Notes under the pieces: model-generated
Told to the model about the DNA's origin: nothing
The model's input: the letters and a program-made list of their open reading frames with translations, nothing else
Databases searched by the model: none
NCBI GenBank assembly: GCA_016786615.1
Contig: JAEUVX010000014.1
Coordinates: 167,334 to 231,333 of the forward strand
Length of the DNA stretch: 64,000 nt
Source of the DNA: Flavipsychrobacter sp.
GTDB lineage: Bacteria > Bacteroidota > Bacteroidia > Chitinophagales > Chitinophagaceae
Direction of reading: 5' to 3'
Program-made: the position numbers and the translations under genes
Shown here: positions 1 through 10,522 of the stretch, in pieces
Numbering within the stretch: the first letter of the stretch is position 1
Layout of the letters: the number at the start of each line of letters is the position of its first letter

Positions 1-48
1 GCTGCGGTTTACATTTTCTTCCGTAAGCGCAGGTATGAAAAAAGGTAA
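1..48 (+). CDS. 3' end of a membrane protein, likely GldG-like gliding-motility ABC transporter component (partial)
   Basis: Frame 1 reads AAVYIFFRKRRYEKR* (hydrophobic tail then basic stop-transfer motif), directly upstream of a DUF4340-like gene, a common GldG context. Only 15 codons are visible. Confidence 0.45.
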   Translation, partial: AAVYIFFRKRRYEKR

Positions 49-75
49 TAGTGAATTGGTATAACAGAAATTGAA

Positions 76-1167
76 ATGAAGAAAACCGTAGTTTATATAA
101 TTATTCTTGCTGCACTATCCTGGGCGGTATATTATTTTGTATTTAGAGACAGAGATGCTTTCTCCGGCGATGAGGCAGGATTTACAATAGCTGATACGAG
201 TGCGATTGCTAAAATATTCATGGCAGATAAAAGGGGGAATACAATACTGCTTGAAAGAAAAAATGGTTCATGGTTATTGAATAATCAGTATCCTGTCATG
301 AATCAGCCGGTAAGTAATATTCTGTACACTTTGATGAGCCAGGGGGCACAATACCCTGTAGCACAGCACATGAGGGATGGCATCATAAAAATGCTGGCAG
401 GCGAAGGTGTAAAGGTTGAAGTGTATGATGCAGATGGCGACAAAATGAGGGTGTTTTATGTAGCAGGGCAAGCAAATAATAATGCCGGCAGTTATATGCT
501 GATGCAGGGAAGTGAAACACCTTATGTGGTACAGATACCGGGATTTCCCGGCTACATTGCAACAAGGTACAGCACTAATATTGCTGATTGGAGAGACCGC
601 AGCGTATTTACAATACCCAAAGCAGAAATCAATACAATCAGTATAAAGTATCCTGATGCGCCCCTGAATAATTTTACAATAAGAAGGGATGCTGCAGGTG
701 GCCTTACGGCTGATATTGACCCCGCATTGTCTGCTGGTAAACAGGTAAATAAAAGAAGGGTTGATGTATTCAGCGCATACTTTGAAAAACTATACAGTGA
801 AGGCTATATTAATGGAACAATAAAACTTGATTCCGTTATTAAAAGTGTGCCGCTGATGTGTGTTATTGAAGCAAGTACAAAACAAGGCAAGACACAAAAA
901 GCTGATATTTACCTGATGCCTTTAAACAGAAGGAGTAAGAATATGCTCAGCCCATTCCCCGGCTTAGATAATAACTATGATGCTGACCGTTTTTACGCAG
1001 TCATCAACAATGCGAAGGATACCGTAATTATTCAACGTTTTACTTTTGACAAGGTTTTCCGTAAAGCGTATGAGTTTTATGAAGCTGACGATACGACACG
1101 CACTAATCAGGTAATAGAAATACCTAAAGGTGCAGGCAATGTTATAAAAGTAGGATCCGGGAAATAA
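76..1167 (+). CDS. DUF4340-like domain protein with N-terminal membrane anchor
   Basis: 363-aa ORF with an N-terminal TM helix and a beta-rich periplasmic region resembling Bacteroidota DUF4340 proteins. Confidence 0.6.
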   Translation: MKKTVVYIIILAALSWAVYYFVFRDRDAFSGDEAGFTIADTSAIAKIFMADKRGNTILLERKNGSWLLNNQYPVMNQPVSNILYTLMSQGAQYPVAQHMRDGIIKMLAGEGVKVEVYDADGDKMRVFYVAGQANNNAGSYMLMQGSETPYVVQIPGFPGYIATRYSTNIADWRDRSVFTIPKAEINTISIKYPDAPLNNFTIRRDAAGGLTADIDPALSAGKQVNKRRVDVFSAYFEKLYSEGYINGTIKLDSVIKSVPLMCVIEASTKQGKTQKADIYLMPLNRRSKNMLSPFPGLDNNYDADRFYAVINNAKDTVIIQRFTFDKVFRKAYEFYEADDTTRTNQVIEIPKGAGNVIKVGSGK

Positions 1168-1182
1168 CCCGGATTTTTCTTT
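1155..1182 (+). terminator. Intrinsic terminator overlapping the DUF4340 stop codon
   Basis: ATCCGGG-AAATAA-CCCGGAT followed by TTTTCTTT. Confidence 0.6.
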
Positions 1183-1198
1183 TGGATTATCTATTTTA

Positions 1199-3733
1199 GT
1201 GTTTAAGGAATATAGTATGATACGCAGACCTGATGCGGAACAGTTGAGGAAATGGTGTAACGGTTCATTGCTGTTACATGGCAATGATATTGCAATAGAG
1301 GAACTGGTGATTGACACACGAAAAGTAGCAGAGCCTGAAAAAGCATTATTTATAGCTTTAAAAACAAACCGCAGGGACGGGCATAGCTTTTTACAACAGG
1401 GATATGAAAAAGGTATCCGTAATTTTTTAGTATGTGAAGGTGTGGATGTGGAACTATACCCGGCATCCAATTTTATAAAAGTTAATGATACACTTACAGC
1501 GCTGCAACAAATAGCAGCAGGCTACAGGAAACAGTTTGATATACCAGTTATTGGTATTACAGGTAGTAATGGCAAAACTGTTGTAAAAGAATGGTTGTAT
1601 CAATTGCTGGAAGAAAGTTATAATACCGTTCGCAGCCCCAAGAGTTATAATTCACAGATTGGTGTTCCGTTATCTGTATGGCTGCTGGAGCCTGAGCAAC
1701 AGCTTGCGATATTTGAGGCAGGTATTTCTCAGCCGGATGAAATGCAAAGACTGGAAAAAATCATCCAGCCTGTAATTGGTGTATTTACCAATATTGGTGA
1801 AGCGCATAGTGAAGGTTTTCTGAATAACAGGCAGAAGATAAATGAGAAGTTGGGGTTATTCAGAAATGTAAAACAATTGGTGTACTGTGTTGACTATCCT
1901 GAGTTGAATGAGTTGATAGTGCATTATAAATCCAATGTGCGCAATCATGATAATGATAATGCATTGGAGTTGTTTACATGGTCGCACAAGAATGAAGATG
2001 CAGACCTCTATATTAAATCTGTAAAAACAGAAAACAGCAAGACAACTATTACAGCACAGTATAAAAATGATACAATAAGCATTGTTATCTCTTTTAATGA
2101 TGCTGCATCTGTAGAAAATGCTATTCATTGCTGGGCTTTATTGCTGCTGATGGGTATCAATCAGACAGTAGTTGCAGAAAGGATGCTGCGCCTGCAACCT
2201 GTGTCAATGCGCCTGGAGTTAAGACATGGCATAAATGATTGTACTATAATTAATGACACGTACAACTCTGATATGACATCGCTGCTGATAGCATTGGACT
2301 ATCTGGAGCAACAAAAACAACATCAGCAACGTACCGTAATATTATCTGACCTGTTACAGATTGCAAGGCCTGATACAGATTTGTATGAAGAAGTTGCTGA
2401 GCTGGTTAGCAGAATGAACATACAACGCTTTATTGGCATTGGCCCTGCATTGTATAAACACAAAGCGCTCTTCAGGCAGCACAAGAAGCTACGAAGCATT
2501 TTCTTTAAATCTACAGACGATTTTCTGAAGAAATTTCACCTGATAACATTCGATAATGAGGCGATATTATTGAAAGGGGCACGTGTATTCGCTTTCGAAA
2601 AGATAGATATGCTGTTGGAGCAGCAAGTGCATCAAACTGTGTTGTCAATCAACCTGTCGTCGCTTACACACAACCTGAATGTATTTAGAAGTAAGCTGAA
2701 GCCCAACGTGAAAGTGATGGCGATGGTGAAGGCTTTTTCTTATGGTAGCGGTAGTTTTGAAATTGCCCATCTGTTGCAATATTCAGGAGTAGATTATTTA
2801 TCAGTAGCATATACAGATGAAGGTATTGTATTGCGCAGGGCAGGTATTACTATGCCTATAATGGTGATGAGCCCCGATGCATCATCTTTTGACAGAATGA
2901 TAGCATGGAAACTGGAACCGGAGATATACAACGTAAGGTCGTTGGAATTGTTTACAAGCATAGCGCAGACATTGCAGGTAAAGAACTATCCGATACATAT
3001 AAAACTGGATACGGGTATGCACCGCCTCGGTTTTATGCCGCATGAACTGGAAGCACTTATGGAACATTGTGATAATAACCCGCACATACAGGTTGCCAGT
3101 GTATTCAGCCATCTTGCAGCAAGTGAAGATCCTTCGCTGGATTCGTTTACAGCGCACCAGCGGGAGCAGTTCGAACAAATGAGCCATGCATTACTCACAC
3201 GATTGCCAAACAAACCATTAAGGCATATCTGCAACTCTGCTGCAATAGCCAGGCATCCTGAAATGCACTATGATATGGTACGCCTTGGTGTGGGGTTGTA
3301 TGGTATTGATGGCAGCAAAATGCTACAAAAGAAACTAAAACAAATCAGCACGCTGAAAACCACTATTGCACAAATAAAAACAATACCTGCAGGAGAAACA
3401 GTAGGCTACGGGCGAAGGGGGCATATTGATAAAGAAACACGTATTGCAACTGTGAGTATTGGTTATGCAGATGGTTATCCGCGTGCATTAGGTAATGGTA
3501 AGGCGCATATGCTGGTACATAATCAACCTGCAAAACTGGTAGGTGTTGTGTGTATGGATATGTGTATGATAGATGTTTCTGATATTCCTGAAGCTAAAGA
3601 AGGGGATGAAGTAATTGTATTCGGCCCGCAGTTACCACTAACACAATTATCGGAATGGGCAGATACCATACCTTATGAAATGATGACAGGTATATCGCAA
3701 AGAGTGAAACGGGTATATGAGAATGAGGTGTAG
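1199..3733 (+). CDS. alr: Bifunctional UDP-MurNAc-tripeptide:D-Ala-D-Ala ligase / alanine racemase (MurF-Alr fusion)
   Basis: MurF motifs GITGSNGKT and INDTYN; Alr motifs AMVKAFSYG (PLP lysine), HIKLDTGMHRLG, GYADG, TIPYE. Start is GTG 1199 or ATG 1217. Confidence 0.93.
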   Translation: MFKEYSMIRRPDAEQLRKWCNGSLLLHGNDIAIEELVIDTRKVAEPEKALFIALKTNRRDGHSFLQQGYEKGIRNFLVCEGVDVELYPASNFIKVNDTLTALQQIAAGYRKQFDIPVIGITGSNGKTVVKEWLYQLLEESYNTVRSPKSYNSQIGVPLSVWLLEPEQQLAIFEAGISQPDEMQRLEKIIQPVIGVFTNIGEAHSEGFLNNRQKINEKLGLFRNVKQLVYCVDYPELNELIVHYKSNVRNHDNDNALELFTWSHKNEDADLYIKSVKTENSKTTITAQYKNDTISIVISFNDAASVENAIHCWALLLLMGINQTVVAERMLRLQPVSMRLELRHGINDCTIINDTYNSDMTSLLIALDYLEQQKQHQQRTVILSDLLQIARPDTDLYEEVAELVSRMNIQRFIGIGPALYKHKALFRQHKKLRSIFFKSTDDFLKKFHLITFDNEAILLKGARVFAFEKIDMLLEQQVHQTVLSINLSSLTHNLNVFRSKLKPNVKVMAMVKAFSYGSGSFEIAHLLQYSGVDYLSVAYTDEGIVLRRAGITMPIMVMSPDASSFDRMIAWKLEPEIYNVRSLELFTSIAQTLQVKNYPIHIKLDTGMHRLGFMPHELEALMEHCDNNPHIQVASVFSHLAASEDPSLDSFTAHQREQFEQMSHALLTRLPNKPLRHICNSAAIARHPEMHYDMVRLGVGLYGIDGSKMLQKKLKQISTLKTTIAQIKTIPAGETVGYGRRGHIDKETRIATVSIGYADGYPRALGNGKAHMLVHNQPAKLVGVVCMDMCMIDVSDIPEAKEGDEVIVFGPQLPLTQLSEWADTIPYEMMTGISQRVKRVYENEV

Positions 3734-3750
3734 AAAATGAATTATAGATT

Positions 3751-3787
3751 AAATAAGAAAGCCGCTGTTAAAGCGGCTTTCTTATTT
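3751..3787. terminator. Bidirectional intrinsic terminator
   Basis: AAATAAGAAAGCCGC-TGTTAAA-GCGGCTTTCTTATTT, a perfect 15-bp stem between convergent genes. Confidence 0.9.
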
Positions 3788-3807
3788 AAAAATTGATTGA
3801 GTTTTAT

Positions 3808-5178
3808 TTATACTTCCCTGTTAGGGTCGAATGCTTCCAGTTCGTTAGCAACTGCAGTCAGGAAGCTGGCACCTAACGAGCCATCAACTATGCGGTGGTC
3901 GTAGCTCATAGAAAGATACATCATATGGCGGATAGCAATTACGTCACCATTTTCTGTCTCCAGTACCATAGGGCGTTTTTTGATGCTGCCTACTGCCATA
4001 ATAGCTACCTGAGGCTGGTTGATGATTGGTGTGCCCATCAGGCTGCCGAATGTACCAACGTTGGTCAGCGTAAATGTACCACCTTGTGTATCGTCTGCTT
4101 TCAGCTTATTGTTACGTGCTGCATTAGCAAGCCCGTTTACATCTTTGGTAATGCCCAGCAGGTTTTTAGTATCAGAGTTTTTGATAACCGGTACTATCAG
4201 GTTGCCGCTTGGCAATGCTGTAGCCATGCCGATATTGATATCTTTCTTCACAATGATTTTATCACCATCAACACTACTGTTTATCATCGGGTATTTGCGG
4301 ATGCAATTCACGATTGCCTCGATGAATATTGGTGTGAAAGTGATTTTTTCACCGTATTTCTTTTCAAAAGAATTTTTAACCTTATTCCTCCAGTTTACTA
4401 TGTTGGTAACATCGCATTCTGTAAAGCTGGTAACGTGCGGAGACGTAGCCTTGCTGCGAACCATATGGTCTGCAATCAGCTTGCGCATACGGTCCATTTC
4501 TATTATCTCAACATTATTACCGTAGTTAGCAGCTGGTGCAGGAGCAGCAGCCGGAGCGGATGCTACAGGAGCAGCCGCTTGTGGTGCGGGCTGTGGTGCA
4601 GGTGCAGCTACGGGTTGCGGTGCAGGAGCCGCAACAACTGCGGGTACACCGTTGCCTCTGTTAGCAACATAATTCAGGATGTCTCTTTTAGTAACGCGGC
4701 CTTCAGCTCCTGTACCCGGGATAGACTCCAGTTCTGCCATGCCAATACCTTCTTTAGAGGCAATATTCAACACAAGCGGAGAGTAAAAGCGAGCACCGCC
4801 ATCACCTCCTGAACTGATAATTGGTGCGGCAGCAGGTGCAGCAACAGGTTGTGGTGCAGGCGCTGCTGCAACTGGTGCAGGTGCCGGAGCAGCTACAGGA
4901 GCGGCAGGTTGTGGTGCAGGTGCAGCTGCACCCGAGCCAACTGTATCTATACGAGCTATAACTGTACCAACAGGTACTACGTCATTTTCTTTAAATAGTA
5001 TTTCGGTAACAGTACCGGCAGCGGTAGAAGGTACTTCGCTATCTACTTTATCTGTAGCGATTTCCAAAATGGTTTCATCCATCTTCACGGTATCACCCGG
5101 ATTTTTGTGCCATTTCAGCACAGTAGCTTCCATGATACTTTCTCCCATCTTAGGCATTACGAGATCAACAACTGCCAT
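3808..5178 (-). CDS. 2-oxoacid dehydrogenase E2 (dihydrolipoamide acyltransferase, branched-chain-type)
   Basis: Lipoyl motif EIATDKVDSEV, PSBD motif GTGAEGRVTKRDI, catalytic DHRIVDG, two Pro/Ala linkers. Confidence 0.92.
   Translation of the reverse strand: MAVVDLVMPKMGESIMEATVLKWHKNPGDTVKMDETILEIATDKVDSEVPSTAAGTVTEILFKENDVVPVGTVIARIDTVGSGAAAPAPQPAAPVAAPAPAPVAAAPAPQPVAAPAAAPIISSGGDGGARFYSPLVLNIASKEGIGMAELESIPGTGAEGRVTKRDILNYVANRGNGVPAVVAAPAPQPVAAPAPQPAPQAAAPVASAPAAAPAPAANYGNNVEIIEMDRMRKLIADHMVRSKATSPHVTSFTECDVTNIVNWRNKVKNSFEKKYGEKITFTPIFIEAIVNCIRKYPMINSSVDGDKIIVKKDINIGMATALPSGNLIVPVIKNSDTKNLLGITKDVNGLANAARNNKLKADDTQGGTFTLTNVGTFGSLMGTPIINQPQVAIMAVGSIKKRPMVLETENGDVIAIRHMMYLSMSYDHRIVDGSLGASFLTAVANELEAFDPNREV
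4540..4935 (-). repeat. Two Pro/Ala-rich linker-coding repeats within the E2 gene
   Basis: Recurrent GGTTGTGGTGCAGG-like units encoding APAPQP/VAAP at about 4540-4640 and 4820-4935. Confidence 0.7.
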
Positions 5179-5334
5179 ATATAGATTTTAGTTATAATTT
5201 ATTAACAATAACGCGGTACAAAAATAATCAAATGCTGGTCAAAAGTATAAATTACACCTAAGACTAAGCAGATATAGTTTATTTTATCTTTTTTTACGGG
5301 CTGAAATATCGCATAATACACCCGTTGACAGGAT

Positions 5335-6720
5335 ATGTTATTTAATTCATTACAGTTTTTAGTGTTTTTTATGGTAGTAACCTTATGGTTCTACAGCCTT
5401 AAAACACAAAAAAGCCGTAACCTGCTGCTGCTCATTGCCAGTAGCTATTTCTACATGTCTTTTGTACCAAAGTATATCCTCATACTTGGGTTTACAATCA
5501 TTATAGATTATCTGGCAGGTTTGCAGATAGAAAAATCCGCAGGTAAAAGACGCAAAATATGGCTGGTGCTCAGCATCATTGCCAATGTGGGCATATTGGC
5601 GTATTACAAATATTTCAATTTCCTGGTAGATAACCTGAATGGGTTTTTAAGTGCAGCGTCTGTAGATAAGCATTTTGATGCAATGGATATACTCTTGCCT
5701 GTAGGGTTGTCCTTCCATACGTTTCAGGCAATGAGCTATACAATAGAAGTGTATCGCGGCAAGCAAAAAGCGGAACGCAATTTTGCTACCTATGCCTTGT
5801 ATGTTATGTTTTACCCGCAGCTGGTTGCAGGTCCTATTGAAAGGCCACAGAATATACTGCCGCAGTTACATCAGTATCGTCCCTACGATTGGGGTAATGT
5901 TAAGGAAGGGATTACACGTATGCTATGGGGCTTTTTCAAAAAAGTAGTAATAGCAGATAGGCTTGCAATGGTTGCAGATCATTGTTTCGGGCATTACAAT
6001 GAAATATCGTGGTATGTGTTGGTTATAGGGGCGGTTTTTTACTCTTTCCAGATTTACTGCGACTTTTCAGGTTATTGCGATATTGGTATTGGTGCTGCCA
6101 AAGTGATGAACATAAAATTGATGGAAAACTTTGCGCAACCCTACACTTCATACAACATCACAACATTCTGGAAGCGGTGGCACATCTCTCTTTCCGGTTG
6201 GTTCAGAGATTATGTGTATATACCATTAGGCGGCAACAGGAAGGGGGAATTGCGCAGGCGTATCAATGTATTCATTGTTTTTTTATTGAGCGGATTGTGG
6301 CATGGTGCTAACTGGACTTTTGTATTGTGGGGTGGTTTGCATGGATTGCTCGTTACGCTGTTTCCGGGTAATGAGAATAAAACGAATAGCAAACCTGTGA
6401 TTTATATAAAGGCAGTCATCACATTTATTGCTGTAACAATTCTTTGGGTGTTTTTCAGGGCCAGTGATATCGGGCAGGCTATAGGGTATATCACCAATAT
6501 TGTAACCTTTGAATCAGGCAGTGATGCAACGGGGCTGCATATTGTTGAACTGTTATTCTCTATTTTACTGATTGTGATTTTGATGATAAAAGAATTCCGC
6601 TTGAATACATTCAGTTTTGATAATGACAGGAAGTTTTACTTGTATGCTGCCGGTATGGTAGTACTGTGTTATTTATTCGGAGTGTTTGGAGAAAACCAGT
6701 TTATATATTTTCAATTCTGA
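5335..6720 (+). CDS. MBOAT family O-acyltransferase (AlgI/PatA/DltB-like)
   Basis: Motifs FYPQLVAGPIER, FWKRWHISLS and SGLWHG (catalytic His); multiple TM helices. Confidence 0.92.
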   Translation: MLFNSLQFLVFFMVVTLWFYSLKTQKSRNLLLLIASSYFYMSFVPKYILILGFTIIIDYLAGLQIEKSAGKRRKIWLVLSIIANVGILAYYKYFNFLVDNLNGFLSAASVDKHFDAMDILLPVGLSFHTFQAMSYTIEVYRGKQKAERNFATYALYVMFYPQLVAGPIERPQNILPQLHQYRPYDWGNVKEGITRMLWGFFKKVVIADRLAMVADHCFGHYNEISWYVLVIGAVFYSFQIYCDFSGYCDIGIGAAKVMNIKLMENFAQPYTSYNITTFWKRWHISLSGWFRDYVYIPLGGNRKGELRRRINVFIVFLLSGLWHGANWTFVLWGGLHGLLVTLFPGNENKTNSKPVIYIKAVITFIAVTILWVFFRASDIGQAIGYITNIVTFESGSDATGLHIVELLFSILLIVILMIKEFRLNTFSFDNDRKFYLYAAGMVVLCYLFGVFGENQFIYFQF

Positions 6721-7796
6721 TGATGGTGAGGACAGCATTAAAATATATACTGATAGTTGTTGGGTTGGCAATTCTGTATTTGTCGACCTCGAAAAATATG
6801 ATGCAGCAAATATCAGATGCCCGCAATGATAATGATGAATGGTGGGGCTCTCATTTTGCATACGAAGGCGATTTGGTGGGGATGTCTTACCTGTATTACG
6901 AAAAGAAATTTCATAAACCCGGGCAAAGAATATATAAACCAAAGAAATGCGATAGTGGCAAGGGTGTAAACCTTGTGATATGGGGAGATAGTTACACGCA
7001 GTATTTCGGTGATACTTGTTTTTGTGCGGATAAATATCAATATGGCCGCAGGTATTTCAGCAAGCTTGATTATACATTGGATAGCTCTAAACGAAACATA
7101 TTGATAATAGAAAGCACAGAGCGTTTGGTGAGGGAGTATTTCGCCAATAACAGGATGGCGAATGAGGTTAAGTTATTGTCGTACAAGAATGTATTGTCGG
7201 GCATACAGAGGTATTATAAGCAAGTAAATACAGCAGCATTTAGCATACCCGATGTAAGCATGTTGTTTAATGAACACATCAACCAGAATATTGAGTATAA
7301 TTTGTTTAACTACAATTTTGTAAGCCCTGCAAGGAAAATGAAGGCTTGGATGAATTATAAGGTTTTCAACCGTGCATCCGGCGATGCAGTATTGTCAGAT
7401 GATGCAGATAGATTGTTTCTGAAAGAAACTACACTGAAAAAAGGCAATAGTGGCTATGCAAACCCACTTACAAATGAAGAGATAGATAAGCTTATTGCAG
7501 TGTTTAATGATCTTTATCATCGTTACAGAAATGCAGGTTTCGACGAGGTGTATTTATCGCTCATACCTAATGCTGTTACTATCTATCAACCGGAAAATTA
7601 CAACATGTTAATACCCCGCATACAACAACATGCTTCGTTGAAAATGAAATGTATTGATATTTACACCGTATTCAGGCAGCATCCGGATGATATGTATTGG
7701 AGAGGAGATACACACTGGAGCAATAAAGGGGCTGACGAATGGCTGAAAATAGTAAACAGAATACTTTCAGATACATCTTACAACGCATCCCTGTAG
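6720..7796 (+). CDS. SGNH/AlgX-AlgJ-like periplasmic acetyltransferase partner
   Basis: ATG 6720 overlaps the MBOAT stop (TGATG); N-terminal TM; GDSY and DTHW motifs. Confidence 0.7.
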   Translation: MMVRTALKYILIVVGLAILYLSTSKNMMQQISDARNDNDEWWGSHFAYEGDLVGMSYLYYEKKFHKPGQRIYKPKKCDSGKGVNLVIWGDSYTQYFGDTCFCADKYQYGRRYFSKLDYTLDSSKRNILIIESTERLVREYFANNRMANEVKLLSYKNVLSGIQRYYKQVNTAAFSIPDVSMLFNEHINQNIEYNLFNYNFVSPARKMKAWMNYKVFNRASGDAVLSDDADRLFLKETTLKKGNSGYANPLTNEEIDKLIAVFNDLYHRYRNAGFDEVYLSLIPNAVTIYQPENYNMLIPRIQQHASLKMKCIDIYTVFRQHPDDMYWRGDTHWSNKGADEWLKIVNRILSDTSYNASL

Positions 7797-10444
7797 TCCC
7801 TGCGGCGTACAAGTTTCAGATCCTGAAGTACAGATGCTTTAACCTGGAGTGTGAAATAATAGTTTTTCCTTTCGCCGAAAGGGATAGTGCTCATGCGCAT
7901 TTCCCAGCAGTGCATATCGCGATAGATATTGATTGATGTGATTTGCAACTGATTGCTGTTGAAATCGTACCCGGTATTAATCCCTATTTTCCATCTTGAT
8001 GTAATATTGATATCGCCATCTACGCCAATGTAGTGTTGTGAAAATACCAGCGTATCGCTTTTTGAGAATTTTGAGTATTGTTTGGATATACCAAGAACGT
8101 AAGAAAAATTCAGGTTGAATGGAATGTTGAAATCAACATAATCATTATACCTGCCATACATCATCATACGCTTATATTCATCCGACGCGGCGTTCTTGCC
8201 ATCTTTTTTCTTGCCCTGTATGCCGCCTGCTAAACTGACACTTGCATTCTGAAAACGCATAATACCACCATTACCATCCCACATCAATTCTTTTTTTCTG
8301 ATGCCTGTTGCATAGTCGAATGCATACGGGTCGAAACTGGCATTGGCAGTCAGGTTTAATACATTAAACAACATCGTTGCAAAATTCATATTGAAATGAC
8401 TCAGGTTGAATGAGTCTGCAGCAAAGTCGTATGCACTACCGATTTTGAAGTTGTCAATTATCCGTATGTTTTTGAAACCTGTTGTATCTTTCTTCGTCCT
8501 GACTTTTACTTGCAGGTTATTGTCAATGCCGAAGTTGATTGCACTGCGTATTCTCCCAAACTGGTTGAAGCCCGGTGCACCCGGTATACTGCCTTCGTAT
8601 GCAGATTGATAAGTTGGCTGGTCTGTTCTGTTCAGGCGTGTGTAATAACCATAGTTGAAAGGATTGGCTGCATAGTTGGGCAGATAGCCAAAGCCAACCC
8701 CCGGTGTAAGCACATGACGGATGCCGGCAATTCTTCCCTTTTTAAACATCTTCATACCGTAAATACGGGTGTTCAGGTCAACCCCAGCATCAAAGTCGCG
8801 TGCTGTAAAGAAACCATTGTACTGGGTTGTGTCGAGTTTATCTGTAATGGTGTTGAACTGCTTATACATCCTCCTGGTAAGCCAGTATTCTTTATACGTA
8901 CTTCTTACAGTCAGATTGATGAATCTTGCTACGTTATATGTTGCGCTTATAGGTATGGTATGCAACATGCCGTTTTGCATATTGTCTAAGGAAATATTAC
9001 TGAAGCTGAAACTGCTGTCGTAGAAAGATGTTTGGTTGATACCGGTAAAAGTATATTGTGTTGTGATTTTATCGTACCAGCGTGTACCTACTCTTTTGTT
9101 GTTTTGAAAAGGATTGAACTGAGCTATAAAAAAGTTGACCTCAGGTAATGTTACATTCACAAGCCTCGACTGTGTATTCTGGCTGTGGCGTGCACTTACA
9201 GACAGTGAATAAGGTTTGTTTTGCCATTGCTTGGTATAGGTGATGTTTGATTGATACTGGTTCTGAAGTATCTGATTAGTATTCAGGGTGTTATTAGCAT
9301 TGTACGTAGATGTACCGGCATCTACCGAGGCATTAAAACTAACACCCGGGCGCGATTTGGGGTCTGTACGGTGTGCCCACTGTACATTAAAGTCTTTGGT
9401 GACGGTAGCAGTGGTTTCATATGTTTCCCCCATCTTATTATATGCATACCTGAAGGCAAGCCCGCCATTATATCTGTATCGGTTTGAATAACTGCTTATC
9501 ATATTGGCAGCCCAACTTCCTTTTGTATAAAAGTTAGCCTCAGCAAGCAGGTCCACTTTATCGCTGATGCTGAAGTAGTAACCGCCATTCAACAAACCAA
9601 TACCACGTTGCTCCTCTATAGTATAAGTAGGTATCTTAAAGCCCGAACGTTGCCCCTGTGTAATAGGGAAAAGTCCGAATGGCAGGAAGAGTGGTGTGGG
9701 TACGTCTTCAATATGGATATTTGCCGGCCCAGATGCTACTACCCGGTTAGGTATCAGTTTTATTTTCTTTGCATTGATGCCGAAGTGTGGTTTCTCCAAT
9801 GCACAAGTTGTATAAATACTGTGCAGGCCATAGATGCTTTGGTCGGGGTTTCGTTTTACCTGTTCGCTGATAACAAAACCTTCACCATATTGAGAGCGCG
9901 CATTTCTTACAATAGCACGTTTGCTTTTGAAATTGTATTGCAGCGAGTCGTAAGTGAATTTTTCCTGCCCTTGCGTAAATTCAGGTTTTGCCTTTGCTGC
10001 CAATGCACTGTCTTCGGGCAAGGATGCGGTAACGATATTGTTTGCCTGAAGGTATGTTACCTTATGGGCACTCAATTTCATTTCCTCATAATTAACCTTT
10101 GCATCGCCATATAATTCAAATATGTTGTCAGACATATTCAGTACAACAGAATCTGATGCATCGGCAGTTACTACTGATGGAAGCGCATCCGGCGAAATAC
10201 GGATACCAAGCGAATCTTCAAGTGCGGATTTTCCTGCTGCTGTTTGTTTAGCAGTGTCAGGTGATATCAGGCTGTCATTACGGACGGTGTCTGCGGTCTT
10301 TGCGATTGCACTGTCTGGCAGCATTGAAGGTTTTGATTGCCCGTTTGCAGTGTTTGTTAAGACAAACACAAAAAACACTACCACAAAAAAGCTAATACGG
10401 TGGTAGCATGGGAAATTTGGAATAATTTTACCGCGCAGGTTCAT
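7778..10444 (-). CDS. lptD: Putative LPS assembly protein LptD (Bacteroidota type)
   Basis: About 890 aa: signal peptide, OstA-like beta-jellyroll, large beta-barrel, YTTC and RDMHCWEM motifs. Start is ATG 10444 or TTG 10447, just downstream of a TATTTTTG element. Confidence 0.8.
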   Translation of the reverse strand: MNLRGKIIPNFPCYHRISFFVVVFFVFVLTNTANGQSKPSMLPDSAIAKTADTVRNDSLISPDTAKQTAAGKSALEDSLGIRISPDALPSVVTADASDSVVLNMSDNIFELYGDAKVNYEEMKLSAHKVTYLQANNIVTASLPEDSALAAKAKPEFTQGQEKFTYDSLQYNFKSKRAIVRNARSQYGEGFVISEQVKRNPDQSIYGLHSIYTTCALEKPHFGINAKKIKLIPNRVVASGPANIHIEDVPTPLFLPFGLFPITQGQRSGFKIPTYTIEEQRGIGLLNGGYYFSISDKVDLLAEANFYTKGSWAANMISSYSNRYRYNGGLAFRYAYNKMGETYETTATVTKDFNVQWAHRTDPKSRPGVSFNASVDAGTSTYNANNTLNTNQILQNQYQSNITYTKQWQNKPYSLSVSARHSQNTQSRLVNVTLPEVNFFIAQFNPFQNNKRVGTRWYDKITTQYTFTGINQTSFYDSSFSFSNISLDNMQNGMLHTIPISATYNVARFINLTVRSTYKEYWLTRRMYKQFNTITDKLDTTQYNGFFTARDFDAGVDLNTRIYGMKMFKKGRIAGIRHVLTPGVGFGYLPNYAANPFNYGYYTRLNRTDQPTYQSAYEGSIPGAPGFNQFGRIRSAINFGIDNNLQVKVRTKKDTTGFKNIRIIDNFKIGSAYDFAADSFNLSHFNMNFATMLFNVLNLTANASFDPYAFDYATGIRKKELMWDGNGGIMRFQNASVSLAGGIQGKKKDGKNAASDEYKRMMMYGRYNDYVDFNIPFNLNFSYVLGISKQYSKFSKSDTLVFSQHYIGVDGDINITSRWKIGINTGYDFNSNQLQITSINIYRDMHCWEMRMSTIPFGERKNYYFTLQVKASVLQDLKLVRRRDYRDAL

Positions 10445-10522
10445 CAACGGGCACAAAAATAGGTAATTGCTTTGGTACGTCTATGAATTTGTATATTTAA
10501 CCCAATTGCAAGTAGGTAAATC

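Noticed and set aside
1199-3733. MurF-Alr fusion as a novelty
   Set aside because: A well-known, standard Bacteroidota fusion.
3895-4812. 305-aa plus-strand ORF
   Set aside because: Antisense shadow of the E2 gene, with no motifs.
4540-4935. Repeats in the E2 gene as VNTR or CRISPR
   Set aside because: Ordinary Pro/Ala linkers of 2-oxoacid dehydrogenase E2.
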